Position numbers and translations under genes: made by a program. The notes beneath the pieces are model-generated. The model worked only from the letters and a program-made list of their open reading frames with translations. It did not search any database and was not told the DNA's origin. A stretch of DNA of 64,000 nt from the IMG/VR virus record IMGVR_UViG_3300019890_000003, positions 13,682 through 77,681 of that record. The stretch is one strand, 5' to 3'. Within the stretch, counting starts at the first letter, position 1. Each line of letters opens with the position of its first letter. The DNA comes from a virus. This document shows, in pieces, positions 36,440 to 45,767 of the stretch.

Positions 36440-37138
36440 TTATCGGATATCTCTATGCGCGGTGGTCACCGGCTTTCCGGCGTACGCCACGGAAAGATAG
36501 TTCAGCGCATACGTCATCCCGGTTTTAATAATCCCCTCGGCTTGTATGCGCCGGCCAGAAGCCGGCATCGCCATATCCCAAGCCCAGCATATTTTCCCGT
36601 GCTCGGCCACGCGTACCGCGAGATCGGTGTCCTCGCCGTAGAACTCGATCGATGTGTTGAAGCCGCCCGCGCGCTCAAGCGCGTCGCGCCGAACCGCGAA
36701 ATTCCCGCCTTGTAGCATCGCGCCGGTAATCCGATAAATCAGATAGGCATTCATGTTAAAGAACAGCGCCAAAACGCGTTGCCGTCTAGGCAAGTCATAG
36801 AAAAAGGATGGCCCAGTGACGGCCGCGATAGGCTCGCCGAAATGCTTCAGAAGCCGCGTAAACCAATAAGCTGGCATGCGCGTATCCGCATCGATGCAGC
36901 AGATGATGTCGCCCCTGGCCGCCTCGAAGCCCCTTTGCCTAGCAAAGGAGATTCCCTTCCGTGGCTCGTCTACCACAACCGCGCCGTAGGCAACGGCGCC
37001 CGTTCTGTCCGTGGAGGCGTTGTTAACGACAATAATTTCAATCTGACGGAAACAATTCTTGGCTGCGTCCTTAATCGCCGCAAGGCAATCAGGCAATTCC
37101 GCTTCTTCATTATATGCGGGGATAACGACGCTAATCAT
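36440..37138 (-). CDS. Glycosyltransferase family 2
   Basis: ISVVIPAYNEE, VVNNASTDRT, IDAD, GGF...YGEDTDL. Confidence 0.92.
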   Translation of the reverse strand: MISVVIPAYNEEAELPDCLAAIKDAAKNCFRQIEIIVVNNASTDRTGAVAYGAVVVDEPRKGISFARQRGFEAARGDIICCIDADTRMPAYWFTRLLKHFGEPIAAVTGPSFFYDLPRRQRVLALFFNMNAYLIYRITGAMLQGGNFAVRRDALERAGGFNTSIEFYGEDTDLAVRVAEHGKICWAWDMAMPASGRRIQAEGIIKTGMTYALNYLSVAYAGKPVTTAHRDIR

Positions 37139-37775
37139 GCGGAATTTGCATCCACAAGAACATGGCGCCAACAATGGCACAAACGAAAACAATTAGGATC
37201 AAAATTGAATTCATCGGCCACACCACCAATCTGATGGATGTATGACACATCCGACCACATAAATCGGCAGAAACAAAAGGCCAAACACCAGCACGAAGGC
37301 CACGATTGCTTTCACTTCGTGCACTTAACGGAGGTGGTGTGGATGCCCTCGGTGGTTTGTGTCGTCACCGGCTTATAGGAGCATGCGTTCTCGGACACAT
37401 AGCCGTGCTTTTCCATCACGGGCGTCCTGCAATAAGGCACGTATCCCGCACAAATAATCACAACAGCCGCGACGAGTTTCATTTGGGCACGCATATGGTG
37501 GCGGTCATTCCGCCTTGCTCGTAGGGACTCATCTTTGCAATTTCCACACGCGCGTTCTCACATGCGGCCTGCGAGCTGAACTCGGTGGAAAATCCCAATA
37601 GGGGATTGGTATTCCATATGAGAAAGATCAACACATACATCATTTGGTCTCCAGCGCGATCGCCGCGACGAGTTTCATCCTTTATCGCCCAACTTCCAAA
37701 TGAGGATAGAAACCGCCAAGGCAATCACTATAGCAACACCAATCGCGGTGGCCACTCCTATAAAAACACACTTCA

Positions 37776-38141
37776 TCACTTAGTCCAGTAGCCATAGATA
37801 GGCTTGCCATTCAGGTATCCAAGAATGACTGGCGCTGATGGAGATCCAACCGCCATTGCAAATTGTCTCCTGGACATGCCGGCCACTGGTTTCGGCGGGA
37901 TCAGGACTGAACACACTTGCGAGGCCACCATGGTTATTTGCGCCGCCGTGGGGTTCACGAGCCCGTCATCAGCCAAGACCGTCTCAAGGGAGGCAACGGT
38001 AGGCACAGCCCCGCATGCCGTGTCTATGGCGTTCCCAAGCGCGTCTAGGACCGATGCTGGCGTCACCCCAGGGAAGTCAGCCTGGAGGGTGGCGCAACCG
38101 GTGAGCGCGAGAAGCGCGCAAGCGGCAATAAGATTTTTCAT
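37776..38141 (-). CDS. Lipoprotein in lysis region (spanin candidate)
   Basis: Lipobox LTGC after a hydrophobic leader. Confidence 0.6.
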   Translation of the reverse strand: MKNLIAACALLALTGCATLQADFPGVTPASVLDALGNAIDTACGAVPTVASLETVLADDGLVNPTAAQITMVASQVCSVLIPPKPVAGMSRRQFAMAVGSPSAPVILGYLNGKPIYGYWTK

Positions 38142-38283
38142 TCCTTAGATTCCTCTGCAATGATTACGGCCAATCGGCGCTCGACTTCCCTTAGTTCGTC
38201 TAAGTCACAAAGGCGCAAGAGTGCCTCGATATCTTTGACCAATGCGTCTCCAGTGACTCTTTTCCAAACAGGGCTAAGGGCGC

Positions 38284-38703
38284 TCACGTGCGTAGCCCTG
38301 TGAAGATACCGGTGCGAGGATCGTAGAGAGACTGGCCCTTAGATGGCACGAACCCGCCTTTGCCATCCGGAACCATAGTTGATCCAACGCCTAGGACGAT
38401 CGGGACAAGGAACGTCGCGACGGCGAGCGCATCGGCTGGGACGGTTAGGGCCGGAATGAAAACGGCGCCAATCTTGAGGAACGTATCAATTAGCGACGCG
38501 CCAGCCTCGATCTCGCCTAGGACGTTATGATCCTTCCACGCAGCCTCGAAGCCGACCCAATCTCCGGACTTGAAGAACCCGAGGACCTTCTCGATATCCG
38601 CGATTTCAGCTTCGATGTTAGCTGGTAGGCCAATAGGCGCAACCGGTGTCGGCACTGGCGTGCTAGGGAAAAGGCTCCCGATCCAACCAAGAATGCCGCT
38701 CAT
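38284..38703 (-). CDS. Hypothetical membrane-associated lysis-region protein
   Basis: Coupled to the holin; hydrophobic C-terminal half. Confidence 0.55.
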   Translation of the reverse strand: MSGILGWIGSLFPSTPVPTPVAPIGLPANIEAEIADIEKVLGFFKSGDWVGFEAAWKDHNVLGEIEAGASLIDTFLKIGAVFIPALTVPADALAVATFLVPIVLGVGSTMVPDGKGGFVPSKGQSLYDPRTGIFTGLRT

Positions 38704-39008
38704 TTGCTAACGACCTTATCGTCTGGCGCGAACTGGGCGGAAGTGGCGATTTCCGGAGTTGTCACGATCGAATGCACCTCGGGGAGCGCACTCGCGGCGG
38801 CAATCGTGCCGCCTGTGGAATGCACCCAAAGGCCCCAGATAAAAGTGGCAATGCCCGGTGCTAACCCAAGAAGGAAAACCGTCAAAGCGCCGGCGGATGC
38901 CGTTGTCGCCCATCCCTTAGAAACAAGGACTCCAGAAATTACCGCAGAGGCATATGTGATCACCCAACGAATCGCCATTGTAATTTGGTCTTGTGTAATT
39001 CCTAACAT
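38700..39008 (-). CDS. Putative holin
   Basis: Two TM segments, directly after the endolysin. Confidence 0.65.
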   Translation of the reverse strand: MLGITQDQITMAIRWVITYASAVISGVLVSKGWATTASAGALTVFLLGLAPGIATFIWGLWVHSTGGTIAAASALPEVHSIVTTPEIATSAQFAPDDKVVSK

Positions 39009-39016
39009 CCCAACTC

Positions 39017-39484
39017 CTATGCTGCGGTTATTGCTGGCGGCGAGGCCCCACGAACGGCCTCAATGGCAATCCCGGCCCAATGGATGCGGCTAGGCATGTT
39101 GATGATGCCGGCGCGCTCATAGCCGCGCTCAAAGGCCACCGTGGCGGCTTTCAGATTAGGCGCCTTGGCGACAGCGGCGACCGTGGCACCATCTTGGTGA
39201 AGCTCTTTTACGAGATAGCCGTAATTCGCTGCCTCGGAATGCCAATCGAGCTTGACGACTTCGCAATAGTGCAAAAATTCTCGCGCGCGCGGGCCGGTCC
39301 ATTGCGCCCAACCAAAGCCGCCGCGATTTGGCTTCGCGCCGATCTCCCGCAATTCTAGAAGGCCATCACTCTCGTGGCCGAGGTTGCCCATGCAGCCGGC
39401 GGCCTGGAAGTCTTCCCAATCAAACTCTGTCATGAGCTTTGGGATGACGAGGCGGCAGGTATCTTGGAAAAGAATCGTCGACAT
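39017..39484 (-). CDS. Endolysin, phage-tail-lysozyme-like fold
   Basis: QAAGCMGNLGHES, GFGWAQWTGPR, FERGYERAG; GAGG RBS before ATG 39484. Confidence 0.8.
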   Translation of the reverse strand: MSTILFQDTCRLVIPKLMTEFDWEDFQAAGCMGNLGHESDGLLELREIGAKPNRGGFGWAQWTGPRAREFLHYCEVVKLDWHSEAANYGYLVKELHQDGATVAAVAKAPNLKAATVAFERGYERAGIINMPSRIHWAGIAIEAVRGASPPAITAA

Positions 39485-39554
39485 CGCCGCCTCGCTGTGA
39501 ACGCGCTGGTGACGGTGTCTTAGAGGGCTTTTGCCCGCGTTGTCAAGGGCATGC

Positions 39555-39719
39555 CTATATGAAAGGTATCCCGGCGAAAAACACCGCCAACACACTTCCA
39601 AACAATATGCCGCCTTCACACGCATCTCCGAGGGAAGCGTCATCCTCCTTCGAAAAAATGTACCCGCCAATCAGAACGGCGGTGCCGGTAAAAAAGATCG
39701 GCGAAAATGTTTCTAACAT
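39555..39719 (-). CDS. 54-aa two-TM protein (not in ORF track)
   Basis: MLETFSPIFFTGTAVLIGGYIF...GILFGSVLAVFFAGIPFI. Confidence 0.45.
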   Translation of the reverse strand: MLETFSPIFFTGTAVLIGGYIFSKEDDASLGDACEGGILFGSVLAVFFAGIPFI

Positions 39720-39736
39720 CTCTCACCCCATCACCG

Positions 39737-39841
39737 TTAAGGTTGCGACAGCCACACAATACAAGCGCCGAAAACGAGGCCCACAATGGCGCCGGAAAGA
39801 GCGGCGCCGAAGATAGCGATAAGGAACGGTCTGTTATCCAT
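39737..39841 (-). CDS. 34-aa single-TM protein (not in ORF track)
   Basis: MDNRPFLIAIFGAALSGAIVGLVFGACIVWLSQP. Confidence 0.45.
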   Translation of the reverse strand: MDNRPFLIAIFGAALSGAIVGLVFGACIVWLSQP

Positions 39842-39867
39842 AGCGACACCCATACCAGCGAAGGCCG

Positions 39868-39896
39868 CATGATACGGGGCAAATGCCTTTTGTCAA
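39868..39896 (-). promoter_or_regulatory. Promoter with operator upstream of lysis region
   Basis: Minus strand TTGACA-AAAGGCATTTGCCCCG-TATCAT; a second TTGACA plus operator at 39546-39524. Confidence 0.65.
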
Positions 39897-39999
39897 GAGG
39901 CAAAAGCCTATTATGGTTGGGCGATGGCGGCAAGGGCGAGCGCTAATATGGTCATCGAAACGCCGATTGCAATCGCGAGGATCTCAGGCCAATGCTCGC

Positions 40000-40716
40000 C
40001 TAGCAATGGGTGACCAAGCCGGCGTTGACTGTAAAGAATGGGGTTGGCGGTCCGAAGCATGACACCGCCATGGTGCCTTTGACGTTTACGCTCCCGACGT
40101 CTAGTGTAAGCATACCTGAGCTGTGGATGTGGAAGTCGCTAGGCCATTGTTGTAGCCATGCGCTTGATCCATCTGGCGCTTCCCACCAAATGTAATCGTA
40201 CACCGGCATGCCTATCGCGGCGCCCGCCTCGAGCGCGCCGTTGGCGAAGACAATTCCGGTTTTGTATTGCTGGGTGTTTGGGGCGATGGCCAAGGCCGTT
40301 CCACACTCATGCTCATTTGCCTGCCCGTTCCCGCAATCGATCAGGAGATTGGTGTTCGTGACTGGATTCCAATTGTATGGGGCACGCCCGGCCACCACCG
40401 GCCCTTGGTTGACAAGGGAGTTTTCCTCGTCGATCAGGCGGCCGGAGCTACCCGGCGTGATGACGCCAAGCGTGTAACGCGCCCAGGCGTTCCCAGAGCC
40501 GCCGCCGCTGTTGAGCATCGCGATCGCGGTGTCGGCGACGGTGTAATTGTTGATGGTTCCCAAAGTTTGCGTGGCGGCCACACTACCGCTCCCCGCCGCC
40601 GCGCCAAAATACGCTCCGACGAAGGACGGTACCGTGTTGCAAACCGGGGCCACGCATGTTTGTGCGGACGCCGCCGAGCTGAAGAGAGCGGCGAGTAAGA
40701 CAAAATAACTTCGCAT
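40000..40716 (-). CDS. Signal-peptide fibre/spike-like protein
   Basis: Leader ends ASA|QTCVAPVC; C-terminus VSCFGPPTPFFTVNAGLVTHC. Confidence 0.7.
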   Translation of the reverse strand: MRSYFVLLAALFSSAASAQTCVAPVCNTVPSFVGAYFGAAAGSGSVAATQTLGTINNYTVADTAIAMLNSGGGSGNAWARYTLGVITPGSSGRLIDEENSLVNQGPVVAGRAPYNWNPVTNTNLLIDCGNGQANEHECGTALAIAPNTQQYKTGIVFANGALEAGAAIGMPVYDYIWWEAPDGSSAWLQQWPSDFHIHSSGMLTLDVGSVNVKGTMAVSCFGPPTPFFTVNAGLVTHC

Positions 40717-40721
40717 TGCGA

Positions 40722-41099
40722 TTAACTACACGTAACGGTGATAGTCGTTGGGGCCGAGGTGCCGGTCGAACTTATCGCGTAGAGCACAAACGTATAGGTC
40801 CCTGCCGTTCCCGCGCTCATATAAAACAAGCTTGTATTTGGACCGGGATTGGACGCAGTAAAAAGCGGCGGACTCCCTCCGCTAGTGCTGTACCCATAAA
40901 ACGACGTAACGTTACCGGAAGCCGTGGCTTGATATGTGTTATTAATCCCGCCAACCACACAATTTGATGTCGTCAAAGGGCTCGTGATCACCGGATTCGT
41001 TTGTTGACACACCGGAAGCGCCGGACCAGCCACGCATTGAGCAAAAGCGGAGGCTGGGGCAAAGAAAAATAGAATTAGCAGACGACACAGTTTCGTCAT
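40722..41099 (-). CDS. Signal-peptide single-Ig-domain protein, related to the N-terminus of 11405..12682
   Basis: AFA|QCVAGPALPVCQQTNPVITSP...YQATA. Confidence 0.7.
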   Translation of the reverse strand: MTKLCRLLILFFFAPASAFAQCVAGPALPVCQQTNPVITSPLTTSNCVVGGINNTYQATASGNVTSFYGYSTSGGSPPLFTASNPGPNTSLFYMSAGTAGTYTFVLYAISSTGTSAPTTITVTCS

Positions 41100-41109
41100 C
41101 ACCACCGCC

Positions 41110-43629
41110 TCATAGTTCCGCCGCCGTAGTTGAAACATTTGTAATACTACAAGTTCCTCCTGCACCGCCTGCGGATAATTGAACATCAAACCAAAGAGCT
41201 GTTGATAGGGTTCTTCCAGTTGTGACTCCAGAAAGAGAAAAAACGCTTATCTGATCTGTGGCGAACGTCGTCTGTTCTGACGCTCCAAGAACCGTTCCAG
41301 TAGTGGCCGCTCCGAGTGTTGGGGCGGTACCAGTTCCGAACCGAAGAGCCACAAAACATCTGTCGTTCGTAAGTGTGTTCGCTACAGAACCGTTTACAAT
41401 AAATAAGACCGTGCCGGTTTTTGTCGGAGTGATTGCGCCCGCAAGGCCCTCCATCACTGCTGTTACACTAGAATTCCCACTAGCTGGATTTGATGGGGCG
41501 GCCGTACCACCAGAGGTGGCCAAACTGCATGTCGAGCCAAGGGTACAGGTGACGCCGTTAACTGTCGTGCTAGGATTCGCCAGCTTGGTGTTCGTGACGG
41601 CAGCAGAACCTATCGTTGTCGCGCACGAGCCAGCCGATGTTGTGACATCTCCAGTCAACGCTGGTGTCTGCCCGCAAGCAAGTGAACTCGCAATATTGGA
41701 AAACGCTAATGGCGATCCGCCGATTTGATACGTGCCAGAAGCTAGATTGAGACCGCCGCCAGTGGAAAGCGTAAGCAGCGCGCCATAACCGCCGCCATTA
41801 ACCTGGCCGCTCCAAACCAGATTGCCGCTTGGACTAATTGCCCCTTGAACAGGTTGCAGTTCTTCGATCACGTCGACGGTCTGGCTACCGGCGGTCGCGT
41901 TGGTCTTCCAACCTTGGCCCGTGAAGTGCACGCGCGGCGACCATTTCTGAGCACCAACCGTCGCCGCCGTAATATCCGTCAAGAGCAAACCATCGGTGCT
42001 AGTGGCAGCGATCGCTTGCGTGCCAGTGATAGCACCAGAGGTCCCTAGGCTCGTTAAAGTGCCCAAACTCGTCAGGGACGATGCCGTGACGCCGGCCGCC
42101 AGAGTGGCACCTGTCAACGTGCCTGCCGGAGCTATAACCGCGTTCGAGCCTGCCGAGACAATCAACCCCTTCCCGTTAACATTGAAGTTAGGGATAGAAG
42201 TCGATGAGCCGAAGGAACCCACATTCGTGTTAACCGTGGCCAACGTTGTGGCGCAACCAACGGACGTGACATCACCTGTTAATGTACCGCACGCTCCAAT
42301 GGCAGCGGTGGTCATAGCGGTAACAAGACCCTTGCCGTTTACCGTTATAACTGGGACAAGCGAGGAGCTTCCGAAGGTGCCTGTATTGGCGTTGACCGTG
42401 TTCAACGTGGTAACAAAACTATTCGCCGGCGTCGTGAGATCCCCGGACATCGCCGCCGTTTGTAAATTAGTTCCTGAGAATGCGAGCGTCGCCCCGAGCG
42501 CCACCGCTCCCGCATTGCCGATCGAACCGGAAGAATTCCCTACCAGGCTGCTTGCAGCAACCGTTTGAAACTTGCCATAGGTTACGGCGTTCGCCGCGAT
42601 CGTCGTGGCGCATGAGCCAGCGCTCGACGTGACGTCACCCGTATTGGCTGGCTCACTAGCGCAAGCGACATTGAATCCAGATGCGGTGGTGCCGCTCGCC
42701 AACGTGCCGGTGCCGGTAATGTTAGCCTGGGTCGCCGCTGGGATTGTCGATGAAATCGACGGGACTCCGCCAGCGCCCGTAATGAGCACGCCGTTGTTCG
42801 CCGTCGCAAGCCCGACGACGGTTGTCCCGGCCGCGTTGTACCAAGCGAGCTGATTGATCAATGCAGACGTTACGGTGCCGCCACCGCCGCCAACCGTGCA
42901 AGCGCCACCGGCATCGATGAAATTGCCGCTTGCATCGATCGAGACGCAGTGACCGCTGGTAAGGGTGCCTGTCGCTGTAGCAAAGGTGGTCGTGCTACCA
43001 GAGCGCGTGCCAAAAGCGACATTCGAAGTTCCCGCCCCAATCAATGGGGCATTAGCCGTCAGAGTCGCGAGACCGGTGCCGCCATTAGCAACGGAAACCT
43101 GCCCTGTCAGATCGGTGGCCGGGATCGCCGGAAGATCGGCATTGACGAGCGCGCGGAATGTGGGCGTCCCTGTCGAGCCACTCGGCGCGGCGAACACCTT
43201 GTTTGTTGTCTGTGTTGCGAGCGATACGGCAAACGTGCCAGCGCCGGTAATAGGGGATCCGCCGACGGCCATAATAGACGGGACCGTCATAGCAACGGAT
43301 GTTACAGTGCCGCCGCCTGTAAGGGATATGCACCCAAGAACTCCGCCATTGTTGTATAAGCCAAATCCGTTCGTGCAAGCGCCGGTGATCGGGCTCCCAA
43401 CCGTCAGGCCAACGGCTGATCCATTTACGAAGAAGCCGCCCGAAACATTTATGGTGCCGATACCCTTTTGGCCGCCAGTCGGCGCGCCCATAGTAAGGCC
43501 GCCATTGTTGTAAAAAAGAGATAGCGACGGCCCGTAATTCCAAGGGTCCGGCGGCGGACCAGGGCCGGTCTGCGCATAGACAGCGCTAGAGAGCGCCGCG
43601 AATCCTAGGATTGCGAGGACACGTTTCAA
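41110..43629 (-). CDS. Long tail-fibre-like protein with signal peptide
   Basis: GGTVTSV, VANGGTG, LTGDVT and NGKGL fibre motifs; leader MKRVLAILGFAALSSAVYA; 14 Cys. Confidence 0.8.
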   Translation of the reverse strand: MKRVLAILGFAALSSAVYAQTGPGPPPDPWNYGPSLSLFYNNGGLTMGAPTGGQKGIGTINVSGGFFVNGSAVGLTVGSPITGACTNGFGLYNNGGVLGCISLTGGGTVTSVAMTVPSIMAVGGSPITGAGTFAVSLATQTTNKVFAAPSGSTGTPTFRALVNADLPAIPATDLTGQVSVANGGTGLATLTANAPLIGAGTSNVAFGTRSGSTTTFATATGTLTSGHCVSIDASGNFIDAGGACTVGGGGGTVTSALINQLAWYNAAGTTVVGLATANNGVLITGAGGVPSISSTIPAATQANITGTGTLASGTTASGFNVACASEPANTGDVTSSAGSCATTIAANAVTYGKFQTVAASSLVGNSSGSIGNAGAVALGATLAFSGTNLQTAAMSGDLTTPANSFVTTLNTVNANTGTFGSSSLVPVITVNGKGLVTAMTTAAIGACGTLTGDVTSVGCATTLATVNTNVGSFGSSTSIPNFNVNGKGLIVSAGSNAVIAPAGTLTGATLAAGVTASSLTSLGTLTSLGTSGAITGTQAIAATSTDGLLLTDITAATVGAQKWSPRVHFTGQGWKTNATAGSQTVDVIEELQPVQGAISPSGNLVWSGQVNGGGYGALLTLSTGGGLNLASGTYQIGGSPLAFSNIASSLACGQTPALTGDVTTSAGSCATTIGSAAVTNTKLANPSTTVNGVTCTLGSTCSLATSGGTAAPSNPASGNSSVTAVMEGLAGAITPTKTGTVLFIVNGSVANTLTNDRCFVALRFGTGTAPTLGAATTGTVLGASEQTTFATDQISVFSLSGVTTGRTLSTALWFDVQLSAGGAGGTCSITNVSTTAAEL

Positions 43630-43644
43630 CGGCCTTCTCCAGGC

Positions 43645-43959
43645 TTAATAAACGACGACAGTGAATTTGTGATTGCTCGTGGCGGCGTTCACGAGCGTCG
43701 CGGTGACTTGGCCTGGAATTAGGTTCCAACTCTGCCCCGGTTGGAGCGCAATGGCCGTTCCATTCGCATTCAAGCCTGGAGACACGCCAGTCGGGTCTAC
43801 GATAAGCGGCTCTGCCGTGCCGATACCTTGATCAGAGGCCGTGAGCGGATTCACGATATATCCGCCATTATAGCCAGCCGGCAAGGCGAAGGCGGCAGTT
43901 ACCGCCGTCCCGCCGGTTGTGATAAAACTGTGGGCGCCTGCGACTGGTGTTACGGTCAT
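43645..43959 (-). CDS. Small structural protein, paralog of the N-terminal domain of 45764..46873
   Basis: GGYIVNPLTASDQGI...VNAATSNHKFT. Confidence 0.75.
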   Translation of the reverse strand: MTVTPVAGAHSFITTGGTAVTAAFALPAGYNGGYIVNPLTASDQGIGTAEPLIVDPTGVSPGLNANGTAIALQPGQSWNLIPGQVTATLVNAATSNHKFTVVVY

Positions 43960-43968
43960 GTTCAGGTC

Positions 43969-45135
43969 CTATTGGTATTGACAACCGGATCCTGATGTAC
44001 CGGCGACGCTTCCTGGATAGTAGTTCAAGTTACCGCCGGATAGTGTTTCGATAACGCCGTTCAGGACGCAATCGAATTTCCCCCCGGTCACATTTCCAGC
44101 GCCGGTTATCGACGGAAGTATTAGACCTTCAAAACCGGCACCTCGAGCGACTACAAAATATTGCACGGTTATTGGAGTCGTTATTACCATCGACGTAGTA
44201 CCGGCGATAAATCCACCGTAATTTGCATCAAACACCGCACCGCATCCAGGATTGCATGCCTGACCAGTACTGGATCCAGAGACAGAAATTGTCCCAGAAC
44301 CTACATTAACACTGGATTGCTGCGCGAAAACCCCATCCCCGTAGCATGTTCCAAAAATGATATTGGTAATCGTCAATGCTGTTTGTTGCTGTGCAAAAAT
44401 ACATGCGCCGAGACTGTCTGCGGGTGTCGAATCGGTCTGTATTAGGGTAAATCCGTTAAACGATTGGCCTGTGACTCCTGTAGCCGTAATGGTAGATGTC
44501 GTGCTTGACGAAATTACCACAAGGGATGGAGTGCTGACGTTTCCTATCCAATTTACAAACCCATTCCCGCCAACCGGAAGTAGAACGACAGGAGCGTATG
44601 TGCCGGTGCCGACATTGATGGTGATGGTGAATCCATTAGCATTGTATTTGCTGATGAACGTTGCGGCATGTTGCAAGGTTAGCCAACAGTTAGGTGACAC
44701 CCCCGTGTTTGAATCGTTTCCGCTTGTCGCAACACAGAATGTCGTGGGGGCAAAAAGTATCGGTTGAGGTGAGATAGTGCTATCGAGCACATACTCTGTG
44801 CCGTCATACACCAATACCGTCAACTGACCGGCAACCATCTCTTGGCCGCCAAGAACAGTCAGACCGCTCTGAGTTGCCTTTTTAATCGCGGTAGCTGCCG
44901 TACCACCAACGGCCGCAGTTGCCGCCCCCGTGTTCGTCGCCGATGGGAGGAACCGGATAGGGACGCCAACCAAATCGGCGATAGAGGAAACGTTTGGAAT
45001 GCCGATTACGATAGCGTTCGCCGTGCCGGTGGTTGTCGCCTGCCACGTTTGCTGCGATATGAATTGCGCGCTCGCCGGTATCGACGCCGCGAAGACAAGC
45101 GCGAGGCAAACTAAAATATTCCTTATGGTCCGCAT
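43969..45135 (-). CDS. Tail-fibre/tailspike-like protein (beta-helix) with signal peptide
   Basis: TGTANAI...TNTGAAT fibre N-domain; VATSGNDSNTG...LTLQHA; leader ends ASA. Confidence 0.75.
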   Translation of the reverse strand: MRTIRNILVCLALVFAASIPASAQFISQQTWQATTTGTANAIVIGIPNVSSIADLVGVPIRFLPSATNTGAATAAVGGTAATAIKKATQSGLTVLGGQEMVAGQLTVLVYDGTEYVLDSTISPQPILFAPTTFCVATSGNDSNTGVSPNCWLTLQHAATFISKYNANGFTITINVGTGTYAPVVLLPVGGNGFVNWIGNVSTPSLVVISSSTTSTITATGVTGQSFNGFTLIQTDSTPADSLGACIFAQQQTALTITNIIFGTCYGDGVFAQQSSVNVGSGTISVSGSSTGQACNPGCGAVFDANYGGFIAGTTSMVITTPITVQYFVVARGAGFEGLILPSITGAGNVTGGKFDCVLNGVIETLSGGNLNYYPGSVAGTSGSGCQYQ

Positions 45136-45767
45136 CAGTAAACGCCTCCGACGTCCCAGAAATTACTACCGTAATAGGTGAATGACGCCTTCATGTGGTT
45201 GACATTCAAGACAATGAACGATTGATTTGAAATCGTCATCCCAGCCGGTGCATTGATCGTAACCGGGAAGCCCTGAAAATTTCCGATTAGATCGGAATAT
45301 GTGATCATTTGGCCGATCGACGCGCCGCCAGGCAATGTCGTCGACGAGTTTGCTATGGATGTTGTTCGCTGCAGTCCTATCGCGCCATCGGTTGAGTTCG
45401 TTGTGAACACGCCGCTAAGCGTGATAATGCGCGGCGTGGCCGGGCTGGCGACAGATTGAAGAAAGGACGTCATCTGGCCGGCGGTGAGTTGGTGGATGAA
45501 GAAATCTCCAGCCAACCAATTTAGGGGCGTCGTGCCCTCTTGGCCACGTAGCATCGTAACGGTGTCCGTTGCGATGGCGGTTACCTGAACAATTTCATTG
45601 AGAGTTTGCGTTGCGGCGTCGATAAGAGTGGCTGCGAAAACCTGTCCGGTACTTGGGACCGGGAACTCAATCCCCGATCCAGGCGCTAAATTCGCGGTGA
45701 CAGCTACGTTTGTTATTGCTCCAGCAAGAGTCGAGTTTGCGTTGTTTTTGAATATAAAGGTGGTCAT
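45135..45767 (-). CDS. Baseplate-proximal tail fibre / adaptor
   Basis: NNANSTLA...EIVQVTA...RGQEGTT. Confidence 0.75.
   Translation of the reverse strand: MTTFIFKNNANSTLAGAITNVAVTANLAPGSGIEFPVPSTGQVFAATLIDAATQTLNEIVQVTAIATDTVTMLRGQEGTTPLNWLAGDFFIHQLTAGQMTSFLQSVASPATPRIITLSGVFTTNSTDGAIGLQRTTSIANSSTTLPGGASIGQMITYSDLIGNFQGFPVTINAPAGMTISNQSFIVLNVNHMKASFTYYGSNFWDVGGVY

Noticed and set aside
39485-39670. N-terminal extension of the endolysin given in the ORF track
   Set aside because: It overlaps a promoter/operator and a small membrane ORF; the RBS supports ATG 39484.
41258-43543. Long Val/Pro-rich plus-strand ORFs over the fibre gene
   Set aside because: Antisense shadows of Thr/Gly-rich codons.
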